Under the pieces are notes generated by a model. That model was not told where the DNA came from. It did not search any database and worked only from the letters and a program-made list of their open reading frames with translations. A program made the translations under genes and the position numbers. Positions 1 to 11,316 of a DNA stretch of 20,000 nt are shown piece by piece. The stretch spans positions 366,198 to 386,197 of the forward strand of contig NGBS01000584.1 in assembly GCA_002245135.1 (NCBI GenBank), in the 5' to 3' direction. Source of the stretch: Proteromonas lacertae (taxonomy: Eukaryota). The stretch's first letter is position 1. Each line of letters opens with the position of its first letter.

Positions 1-2
1 AA

Positions 3-2069
3 TTATATGGGATAGGTTATATTCCATTTCTTAATACAATTATCACATCCACAACTGTAAAGAACACTACTATCTTCATCACTGTTATCAGTAGTGTAAT
101 CAAATCTTACACAAGTAACTCCACCAACATGAGCCATTTTCATACCAAAATAATCACGATGAGACTGTGGATTCCATATATAAATCTCACCACTTACAGC
201 ACTTGATACTATTCTATCACTTTTTCTATTCCATTCTAAAGAAGTGATCTTACTGGTATGAGCTAACCATCTTCCCATTATTGTATAATTCATGTCATTT
301 ATATTCATTACTCTTATCTCTCTTATATCATCACCAATTGCCACATTATTACCACTTGTATCAAATGATAATACAGTAATTCTGCCTGTGTGTTTGAATT
401 TATCATGATCAATTTCTATTTCATTTACTTTTGATGGATCACTTATATCATACAAATAATAAGTATATGATTTTTCATTCTTTATATCATTTCCTCCAAC
501 CATCACTTTATTTCCATCTTTTGATATTGCTACACAAGTTGCTTGATATTTAAATGGCATTGTTACATATACTTCACATTCTTCATTCAATACAACAAAC
601 TGCTTTTCAGTACAATACACACATCTATTACTACAACAACTTAATGACAATGGTTGTTCTTTATTAGTATCATACTTCTTTGCAATTTCATTGGTTGTTT
701 TGTTAATATAATATACAACATTATCCCATCCAATAGAAACTAAATAATCCTTCATTATTCCAATATTTGTACAATTACCATTATGTTTACATATTCTACT
801 ACAAACACTCTCCTTCAATGAAGTTTTACATATTACACCATCATAACTTGCACTATATAAAGTACCATTATCAATAACAATATTATTAATCTCAACTTGG
901 TGTGATTGAATTACCTTATACTCTTCAGTCATTGGTTTCCATATATAAATATCACTGATTAATGATATCATATAAATTGTTTCATCTTTCCACACCACAC
1001 CTGTTAACATTGTATCAATCGATTTATTATCTAATTGTAAAGTATATAAACATTTTGATTCTTCTACATCCCAGATCTTAGCAGATCTATCTGCTGAAAC
1101 AGTAACTATCTTATTATCTTTTGACCAATCAACTCCATATATTCCTCCATCATGATCTATTCATTATTATATATAGAATAAAAATTATACTCTTTCCTTC
1201 ATCTATTATTTTCTTGATAAATGTACCTTCTGCAGCATCATATAAATTAATTGTTGAATCAGATGAAACACTTATATAATACTTACCATCAGGTGAAAAT
1301 CTGATTGCATTGACAAAATTGGTATGATCGGAATTTGATAAAGTAAACTTGAATGGAGGACCACTGTAATAGTATATTTCTAATAATTGTTTATAAATAA
1401 CAATATACTAAAGTCTTGTGAAGTAGTTATGACTCTAAATGGTCTTATGGGTCTAAAATCACAACTTGATGCTTCTTGAACACAACCAATTAATTCACCA
1501 ATATTACTACCTGTATCCCAACCAAATACTTTTGCAGGTCTATTTCTCCATTATACTAAATAAATATACCTCGTTTTATCCTTTCCAACTGCTACAATTC
1601 TCTTAGATTCAGAATCCCAACGAATATCTTTCACTTCTAGTCCAAAACAATGCACTTCAACTTTCAATGGATGCTCAGGATTGTCATATGACCAAACTCT
1701 AACATTTCCATGAGAATCTGTAAAGAATATTATACTTGATTATAAATACCACCTGAAGCAATGAAATAACCCGAAGGTGAAAATCTTGCACATCTATAAA
1801 ACACATGAGTAATTCAAATAATACGTTACTGGTACTTTATGTTCATAATAAATCTCACCTTCAGCAATCTTCTACTCAATAAGAGTCAAATAATATATAC
1901 AGTTAAAGAACGCAAAACTACAGACTTTCCATTGGCATAGATAAGAAAATCTCCTTTGGGTGACACATCAAGTAGAGATGGCTGACCTCTGGCAGTGTTA
2001 GGACTGGGAACGTATGTTTTTTCTACTATGTAATAATAAAATTATACCTAGTTGAAGAGAGCCTGGCAT
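3..2069 (-). CDS. WDR1: Actin-interacting protein 1 / WD repeat protein 1 (double beta-propeller), ~618 aa, 8 exons
   Basis: Exons (minus): 2069-2048, 2022-1901, 1871-1825, 1793-1750, 1717-1570, 1539-1409, 1379-1191, 1156-3; introns 25-34 nt, GT..AG. The spliced product has AIP1 signature motifs KTYVPSPNTARGQP, EHKVPVTCARFSPSGYFIASGD, CDFRPIRPFRVIT, YSGPPFKF and DHTNFVNAIRFSPDG, then joins ORF 3..1010 (WD repeats) and ends at TAA 5-3. Confidence 0.92.
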
Positions 2070-2286
2070 TTTCGATAGATATTAAATACGAACAAAATCA
2101 ATTTCTTTTCAGTTACAGATTAATATAGACACTTATATTTCATTTATGGTTTATTTTAATCGTTGTTGTTTTGTTGTAGAAGAATCAGAGTATATAAACT
2201 CCATTTTAACGAAATCAAGATTAAACAGATATTTTTATAACAATACACAAAAATATATCATATCAAAGGTAAAAATATAATAATAA

Positions 2287-5200
2287 TTATTTATATTTCT
2301 CAGTTATTGTTAATGAGAGATTTGTTTTAACACATCCATACTTATTTCTACATATGATTGTATAATTGGTTTTAACAAGTGAACTGATAAGTTTACCATA
2401 TATTGCTCCCTTTATTGGATGAATTTGAACTCCATCTGGAAATTCAGGTTCTACTGTATACTTACATCCAATATTCTTCTCTTTTGGCTTGATTGAGAAT
2501 CTTTCATTCACATTTATTTCATATTCATTCTTTTCATAAACTATTGATTTTGGTTTTTCACCAATTTCTAATAATAAATATGTTGTATATTCATATTCAT
2601 TCCTTTGAATTATGGTATATTTTGTCAATTTCATTGTCTCTTTTGTTTTACCAACTATCTCACAGTTCTTCGTCATTTTTAAACCATCAGGTAAGGCTAT
2701 TAATAATAATAATATCTTTCATAAATTATACTAGGAATTATTACAACATCACATTTCTTTCCACAAATTTGGGGTTTGATTATTATATCATTCTCTTTCG
2801 ATTGCATAATATTCTATATCATCATAATAAACAAAATAATCAGCATTTCCAAAATATAACAATAATTCAGTTTCACAACTACCATAATCATTTGACACAC
2901 TCACTTTGTGTTTTTCATAATATGGTTTGGATGTTGCTTTACCAGATATCATTCCACAATCAGATCGAATTCTTATTCCTTCGGGTAATGGTGGATTAAT
3001 TGAAAATGTTAAATTGTTTCCTCCATATTTCAAAGATGTAATAGATATTGGTGAGTTTAAACCAAAGGAATAATATGGTTGAGAATATGAAATTGGATTT
3101 GGTGGATATCCTGTTATTATTTCTATCTCTGTTGATATTCTTCCAAAATAATTATCAAATACAACTGTGTAATGATTATCTCCATTTTCATTTTGGACAA
3201 TTCCACTTATTTCTCCTGTTTGTTGATTTAATCTTATTCCAATTGGTAAATCTATTTCAGAATATATCATCTAAAATATACTTGGTTGAATTGAAAACAA
3301 TCCATTAAACTTTAATATTTCATTTTGATCATTTAATAAACTATAATGAAATTCTTTACCACAACCACATTTAAATTTTCCATTGTTTTGATAATTTAAG
3401 ACTATATTTGGTTTTATTCCAACACTTATTTCAACTATTGTAGATATACTGTTTCTTACTCCATTCCAATAAATCACATTATCACATTTATCACATACAA
3501 CTGTTGGACTTCCATTGATTATTCCTTCTTCATTTATTGATAATCCAGCAGGTAATTCTAGAATATTATATATATTAATATACTTGTCTTTTCCACATCA
3601 CATTTTCCATCACAAGGTATAGGCCAATGGTTTTATTTCTTTTATGGCTTCATTCTGTGATTAAATAATTACATCTTTCATCATATTTAAATTCTTTCAC
3701 CATATATTCATCTATACAAATAAATAGATAATAATAATAATGATAATAATACGAACATCTAATTTCAATTTTACATCAATTGAACCAAATGAGTTACTAC
3801 ATCTAACTATGATTTCATAAGTTTTGATTGAATCATAGGTTCTACCATAGATTGAACCATTTAATCCATTAATCATTAAATCACTTGGTAATGATCCATT
3901 TATTATGTAAAATTTACATTCACAATCATCATACGTTGGATTTATTAGGAAATATCGACTTCGAAATATTAATAAATTCATTCTTTTCACCATATTTGAA
4001 TAGTTGTGGAGCTTTACCAATATGAAAATATAATGAAACAGAGGTGTAATGACTATTTCGTTCTTTGTAAGCTATTAATACATTTCGACCTACTTTTGTA
4101 CCATATTCGATTTCTTCACCTTTCTTGTTTTTCATCTTGTTTACTTTCTCACATTTACATATTTCTGTTGGAGTTCCACTAATAATACCTGTCTTATTAT
4201 CTAGAGTTAAACCAGATGGTAAATTGTTAGTATAAACTATGAACGAATAATCTCCTTCATTATTCATTTTGGGAATTATTGGATCTATTCTTTCTCCTAA
4301 TATTAACTCATATAGATTTTTCTCATATTGAATAACTGATGATTGTTTATCACTCACTTCAATTGTTACTTCTTCATCAATACATCCTAACACATTTTCA
4401 CATCTCACCTTTAGTTTATATTCTCCAGTACAATAGGTTATTCCACTTAATAATCCATTCCATCTATTTAGAATAAATCCATCAGGTAATTCACCTTCAA
4501 CTACTCTAAATTCACAACATCGACCTTCAAATATTGATGTAAATTCTACATTATCTCCAACAAAACAGCGCAACAAACTATTCTTATATTTGAATGATTT
4601 AGGTTTTTCACCTACAAATAAGGTCAATTTCATACTCTTTACTCCTATATTTGATTGAACTTTTATATCATAATCATCTTCCCATATATAATCACTGGCT
4701 ATACCACATATTGATCCACTGTATTTATCTAATTCTAAACCATTGGGTAATTTTCTATTGCAGCTAACAACATATTTAAATTTATCATTATCATTATCAT
4801 CAACTGTTATTGTTGGTTTTATATTTATTAATTCTCCTATCTTAAATCCATATTTATCTTTCCCATAACTAAATTTAAATGGAGGTTTGATTTCTATATC
4901 AAATTCATAAATAATTTTGTTAGTTTCTTTGTTTTTAACTGTATAGTGTGTTTTAGGTAATGGTTTGGAAGAAATACCATTTATCACACTGTTGTGATAA
5001 TTCAATTCAAATATATCTTTAGGGTAAACTTGGTTCTATTATTAGATTCTTTTTATCTGCAATACTATTAACATTAGGTATTGGAATAGATATTGGTTGA
5101 TTGATCTCATAAAATATATTCTCAGATTTCTTATTCTCTTCAGGAATTATCCATTCTTTTATATTCTTTTCTCCATTTGTTTTGCAATTTATCAATATTT

Positions 5201-7375
5201 CTTTAGCTGTACTTTCATATCCATTTGTCATCTTGATTATTAACGAATATTCATTAAAGTATTCTGATAATTTTCCTGATAAACTTCCCGTTTTTTCATT
5301 AATCTTCAAACCGGGTGGAGTTTCACTAATAATTGAGAATTTTGGATTTTCACAAGAGAATGATGGTCTAATTTCTTTAATCTCTTCTCCCACTTTAAAA
5401 GAATAATGCTTATGTTTATATTTTAAATACAGGAATGAATGAATATTACATTTCTTTTCTATTAACGTTAAATTCTTTTCTTTCACAATTGTCAAACTAA
5501 AGTTGGATTTATTAACTTCTTTATCGTTTATAAAAGCAGTAACTGTAAATTGTCCAACGAAGTGTTTTTCAATTTTGTGTATACCATGAATTCTACCTGT
5601 AGTTTTGTTCAATTTTAGTCCATCTGGTAAATCTATTTAGAATATATATATATAATATTATACTTGGACTGATTGAGATAGAAGTGTACAAACCACATTC
5701 ACTTGGATATATATTGATATATTTTGAGGATATTACATATTGTGGAAGATAATGTAATGGAATTGTCAAGTCTTTCATTCTTTCTGGAGTTGCATATTTT
5801 GAGAAGAAGATAAAGAATAGTTTAACAGGATTGGATATTTGAGTATCTATATCTTTTATCTCTTCAGAAAAGGTTATTCTCTTTTTATCAACACTTGGTT
5901 TATCATTAGTCTCTTCTACTTCTCCATAAAGCTTTCTTTTTGTTGCAGCTATTCTGAAATTATGTTCTGATAGTTGAGATACTTTGAAATTATAATTATA
6001 ACAACTATTTTTCATATCATATTTATTCTTGACTACCAATGAATTATTACCAATTATTTTACCACAACCATATAAAAAAGTCAAATTATGATATTTGGAT
6101 GGGAATCTAAACTGTGGTGTGACACAAAATCTATAATCACTCATAAATGTAGTATCATTAATATATTTAAAACTATCGTCGTTAATATACTTATCAATGT
6201 AATTCCATAATAATGGTAAATATTCAATGTTGTTGATTAATCTACACATAAATTCTCTTAGTGCAAATCCTTTCTCTTTAACTGACTTAACATAATCTAA
6301 ATATTTTATCATTCTTTCTTTATCATTACACCATTGACAATATACTATTTCAATCCAAATTTTATCAAAATCAACATTTGTTAATATATCAACATCTTCA
6401 CTATCAACATTATATATACAATATTTTGGTTTTTCATTATCATTTTGACCTTCATTTGAAGATGGTAAAAAGATTACTTCTCCTTCTGCTTCTTGTAAAG
6501 GAATAGGCAGATTATCAATTTTTTCAAAATATTCCGATAATTCTGATATATTACATCTACTTTTTAAATCAATAACAAGCATTTTGGAGAGTATATTGTT
6601 ATATACTTCAAATTCACCTGTTAATGGTTTAAATTTTAAGTTGTTTATTTTTCTCCTAATTCTATTGATAGAATTTGAATAGAATGGAGATTTGCCACTA
6701 CAACAGTAGTATATTATACAGCCTAATGACCAAATATCACTTTTTATTGTTATTGGTTTGTTTTGAATCATTTCAGGTGAGTAATAACTATAAGAAGTAA
6801 TATCATCATCACTTATTAATGATTCAGACATAAACTTGTATTTATAATAATCTGTTACTATACATTTTCCATCATCTGTAATAAGTATATTTGATGGCTT
6901 TAAATCACCATGAACTAAATCATGACTAACAAAACATCTTAACACATCAAAAATACTCAGAATAAGCTTGTTTCTTGTCTTAATTCCTGTGAAATGATTC
7001 ATTGGATTAACATTTGATAGAGTCTTTTCACAATACGGTGTAATTGTCAAAAAGTATTCACAAGCAGGGTTATATTTTATATATGATTTGCATATATATT
7101 CAGTATTTAGTGATTTAATCTGTTGAATGAAGTCATTAATTATGTCTTCTCTTTGACTAGTTTTTAAGCACTGTATAATAATCTTTTTATTATCATTTTC
7201 TTTTATTGCTGAAACAGTAATTCCACTGTATGGTTCTTTAAGTGGCTTTATATCCTACATTTTACAGTTATAAAAATATACTTCTAATATCAGATCTGGA
7301 TCAAGTTTTGTCTATGATAATAAATTAATAGTATTATACATAAAAATAGTTCTTATCATAATCCCAATCAAACAT
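2287..7375 (-). CDS. N-terminal protein-kinase-like (probable pseudokinase) domain fused to 12 putative Ig (He_PIG-like) repeats; ~1620 aa if five +1 frameshifts are corrected (assembly errors or pseudogene possible)
   Basis: Exons: 7375-7340, 7311-7282, 7254-5664, 5632-3753, 3711-3584, 3557-3282, 3251-2732, 2696-2287. Kinase motifs VHGDLKPSNIL, YYSPE and KSDIWSLGCI. Twelve LPxGLxI/LxxxTGxIxG-type motifs, e.g. LPDGLKLNKTTGRIHG, LPNGLELDKYSGSICG, LPSGLTLDNKTGIISG, LPIGIRLNQQTGEISG. The 31-nt intron 5663-5633 joins the kinase ORF in frame to the first Ig repeat. Frame breaks without usable introns occur near 5022, 3929-4020, 3650-3663, 3610-3635 and 2788-2815. Confidence 0.78.
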
Positions 7376-7598
7376 TTTTTAATACTGTCTGATGTTCAGT
7401 TATCAGTTTCTTTGATTAAACCTAAGAATAATGAATAAAAGCTTTTATGTAAATGAAGATGAATAAATTCGTCATAATATTTCTGTAATATCATCATTAC
7501 ATGTTTTATTATGAAAATTGAATACTACATGAGAATAAATAAGAAAAAATAAAATAGAGCTTGAGAATTATCAAGCTTATTCCATTTTGATAATTTTA
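7376..7598. promoter_or_regulatory. Putative bidirectional promoter (kinase-Ig gene / ZCCHC9)
   Basis: 223-bp spacer between divergent start codons. Contains the inverted repeat AGCTTGA-N6-TCAAGCT at 7558-7577. Confidence 0.55.
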
Positions 7599-8540
7599 AT
7601 GGATAAAGAGAAATGTAAGGTTGTAGAAGACTTTATAAATGATTTAAAGTCTAAGTTTCCATCACTGGAAGGAAAAGAAAATAAACAGAAAAGAATTAGA
7701 TTACATTTAAGAGTGAAGAAGTATGAAAACATACTTGATGAAATGCGAAACAATCCAGAAGCACCGTTACCTCCAAATTTATTTCCTCCAGATACACCAG
7801 AAACAGATGAACCTAAAAAAGGCAAAAAACGAAGGGCTCCTCCAGTATTTATCATTTAATTATATTTTAGAGATGGACTCCAGAACAAGAAGAAGAAAGA
7901 ATAGCCTTTCAAAAGAAAAGACAACTGAGATGTAGAGGAAAAGATGAAGAATATAATGCAAGACTTGAAAAAACAGCTGTATTATTTACTTATTATTCTA
8001 TATAAATAGAAATTAAAGGCTGAACGTAAAGAAAAGCAAAAAGAATGGAAGAAAATGAAAAGGGAAGGAATAACAAAAGCAGAATCAAAGAAAATATGTT
8101 TCTATTGTAATAAAAAAGGACATTCCTATGAACACTGTCCTGAAAGAACTGATAAAGAAAAGAAGACAACTGTTTTGTGTTATAATTGTGGTGAAACTGA
8201 TCATACCCTAACTAAATGTCCTCATGAAAAAATAGGTGATGGATTGAGTTATGCAGAATGTTTTATTTGTCATGAAAGGGGACATACATCCAGCAAATGC
8301 CCTAAAAATGAAAATGGAATATATAAGAATGGAGGATGTTGTCATCGTTGTGGTAGTAAAGAACATTTATTAAAAGACTGTCCTGTATTACCAAATGGTT
8401 CAAAATGTTCAATTTGTGGTTCACCAACACATTTCGCCAAGAATTGTCCAACAGCTCAACCCAAAGAAAAAATGATGAAATTGAGAATTGATGTAAATAA
8501 AGTTAATAATAGCAATAATAAAATAGTAACATTTTCTTAA
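7599..8540 (+). CDS. ZCCHC9: CCHC zinc-knuckle protein, ZCCHC9-like, ~294 aa, 3 exons
   Basis: Exons 7599-7844, 7871-7978, 8010-8540 (introns 26 and 31 nt). Basic N-terminus followed by five CX2CX4HX4C knuckles. The segment CFICHERGHTSSKCPKNENGIYKNGGCCHRCGSKEHLLKDCP matches the ZCCHC9-family pattern. Confidence 0.8.
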
Positions 8541-8595
8541 AGAGTGTGTAAATTTATTGTTTGTATTTTTTTTTCTGTATTATATATATTTATAT

Positions 8596-11031
8596 TTAAT
8601 CTGATGTAGGTGTATGACTCCTACTCCTACTAGCAGATCGACTGGCTGATCTGCTTCTCGATCTACTTCCCGATTTAACTGATCTTGATTTACTAGCCGA
8701 TCTACTTCTTCTAGGCGATACACTTCTTGAACCTGATCTTGATCTCGAATATGGTTTACTTCTTCTACTATGTCTACTACCACTTCTGCTTCTACTACCT
8801 GAATAACTTCTTGATCTAGATCTTGATGCTGATCGACTATCATAAAACTCACTATCTCCACTACTTATATCATCGTTCAATCCAGCTACTCTTTCCTCTG
8901 GTGGATCTCTTATCTTATCATCTGAAGGGACTTCAGGCCATTCAGGTAAATAACAAAATCCATCGATTGGTTGATTTAGGAAATATGATAATGAACCAAC
9001 TGTATATTGAGATATATAAGTTCTGTTGATTTTCTAATAATAATAATATCAAATATATATACTAATGGTTCTGGTTTTGAAGACATTAATATTTCATTAA
9101 GTCTTGATTCTAATGATTCAGTTGACAATAATGCCTTTAAGAATCTAGCTCTATCTCTAATATCGTTGTCTTTATCACAATTTGCTAATTGGAAAATATA
9201 ATCATTTAATTTCTTAATAATTACTTCATCTTTGTGACTTAAGAATACTTTTACTGATAAGTTAATAATTTGCATTTTCACACATGATTGTTCTTCAATA
9301 TATCCTTTCGCTAATATTCTTAGTGAATCAGGAACCATATCAAATACTTCATCTTGGAATAATCCAATCATATAAACTATAGAAGCTCTAGCAGCTGGTG
9401 ACTTCAAGGTAGTTAACATTGATATTAAATCTTTCACTATCTCAGTATGTCCTTTTTGCAACTGTAATATTTGTCTAATAACAACAATACATTCTCCAAC
9501 TATATTATCATCATCAATATGGTATTTTACTAATGACATTAAACCTTTTAAGCATTGTTCTGATACTTTAGGAACTTTTAAACAAATATGTCCAATAGTT
9601 TGAATCACATTAATAACGAAATCATGATCAGGGTCTTTCACATAATATTCGAAATCTGATAATAAATTATCTATATTATCTTCATTCACTAATTCATATA
9701 ATATATCCAATTTCAAGTTCTTGATATATCTACGATCAGTAGAATAGATTAAGAAACTGTTGAAGAATGAATCAAACATTCCTGGTCTGCCATTAATCAT
9801 TGATAATATAACAGTCAATACTATATATGATATTTCAGGCAATTTCCTTAATTCTTTAATTAATGCTTTTGCTACTAATTGTTGATCTTGATTGTATGGT
9901 TTATTAAGGTAATAATGCAATATTGCTGTATGTAATACTACACTGCTGTTTCTACTCTGTAATAGTGGTAAAGTAGCTGTTAATAATAACTTATGATCTA
10001 CACTCAATTCATGACTGATTGGCATATCATTTTTATCAAAGTTTGGATTTGGATTTTCTGCTTTATTATCACCATAGAAATCATCTAATCTTCTTTTCAT
10101 TTGTTCTTTCTGAGCTTCAAGCTGTTCTGGAGTTAATTTACTCTTATCATCCTCTGATAATTGAAATGATGGTTCTGGTTTTGCAAATTGACCTTTAGCA
10201 TATCGTGTAAACAAATTCAATACAAACACTTGTCCCCACTCGTCGTAATCTCCTAATTTACGACAAATATTACGGAAATGTTTGTGAATTAAATCCATTC
10301 GTTGTGGACATATTTCTTCAAATACACCTATTGCACTAGATACCACCATGGGCATGTTATCACCTAATAATGTGTCAAGTATCTCTATTAAATATTCCAA
10401 CTGAGTTGAATCCATTTGGTAGAGTTTTACTAATGCATGGCATGTTACTTTTCTTACATAAGGAGATCTATATAGTAATTAATTATACATTTTTATATAT
10501 ACGTATCAATAGCTCCTTGTTTAATGGTCATCAATTGAATTTGAATGATATCTTTCACACGGATACTTGTAAGCACACGAATAGCTAAAGCACGAACTAA
10601 TTGGTTTGGATCTTCAGCATCTTTACGAAAAGTGTTGGTTGACATTAAAGCAAGTTGACGACATATTTGATTAGCATCGCAATAGTGTGTTAAATACATG
10701 TATATCAATTTCTTTAATTCTACACATTTTACCTATTCAATAATACCATTATATTCTTACAATAACTAATTTCATAACTTGAGGGTAAAATATTGACATA
10801 TCATTGCCATTACTCATTTGCTAAAAATAATACTATTGAATAATACAGCTAATATCCATTTCATTCCTTCTAACCTATCTCTATCACCAGAAATACCAGG
10901 TTGGGCATCAAGCATTTTTTCAACTGTTTCACGCTATTATCAATATACAATCTAAAATATACATTCATATTCTCTTCAAAGTATCGCTGATCACCAGCAG
11001 TGAATGTTTTTAAGGATTTTAATATACTCAT
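8596..11031 (-). CDS. AP3B: AP-3 complex beta subunit (adaptin N-terminal trunk) with an RS-rich C-terminal tail, ~762 aa, 6 exons
   Basis: Exons 11031-10963, 10933-10847, 10820-10761, 10732-10503, 10467-9063, 9033-8596. Motifs ELKKLIYMYLTHY, LALMSTNTFRKDAEDPNQLVRALAIRVLTSIRV, ICPQRMDLIHKHFR, DEWGQ, DIRDRARFL and the beta3-type GSLSYFLNQPIDGFCYLPEWP. Confidence 0.9.
8610..8840 (-). repeat. Low-complexity Arg/Ser dipeptide-coding region at the AP-3 beta C-terminus
   Basis: Translates to SRSASRSRSRSYSGSRSRSGSRHSRRSKPYSRSRSGSRSVSPRRSRSASKSRSVKSGSRSRSRSASRSASRSRSH. Confidence 0.9.
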
Positions 11032-11316
11032 CTAGATAAAAAAGCAAAGATTGTTAATCAAAAAATATCCTTATAAATCAAGCCTTATATCCAATACTTA
11101 AACATTTTTTAAGTCCTAACATACTTTAACAATGATGAATATATAACTTATAGAAGATTTGATTTCATTGTATATTTATTGTAACAATGAAAATAATATA
11201 CTTGTATGTTTTTTAATGAAAATTTTTTGAAATGTCTAGAAAAGCTTGAATTACCTGTTTGGTAAATCACATTTCATTTTTAATTTTTGTATTTTTCTTT
11301 TGAATCTGCTTATATA
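11032..11316. promoter_or_regulatory. Putative bidirectional promoter (AP3B / WDR18)
   Basis: 285-bp spacer between divergent start codons. One sense-oriented GCTTGA lies before each gene (11083-11078 on minus; 11244-11249 on plus). Confidence 0.55.

Noticed and set aside
5017..5029. 13-nt micro-intron GTTTACCCTAAAG that would fix the first frameshift
   Set aside because: It is far below the 24-55 nt range seen, has a non-GTAT donor, and would delete the conserved LP of the Ig motif.
8055..8540. Retroelement Gag nucleocapsid (CCHC knuckles)
   Set aside because: There is no protease, RT, integrase or LTR. The gene has introns and a ZCCHC9-type GIYxxGGCC linker.
8580..8861. Acidic alternative-frame ORF as the true AP3B hinge
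   Set aside because: It is a typical shadow frame of RS-coding DNA and is not in frame with the conserved LPEWP motif.
8596..8880. Stand-alone SR splicing factor gene
   Set aside because: It has no ATG or RRM, and it is the in-frame continuation of the last AP3B exon.
11217..11226. Yeast RRPE-like TGAAAATTTT upstream of the ribosome-biogenesis gene WDR18
   Set aside because: A nearly all-A/T word is expected by chance at this composition, and it is a single occurrence.
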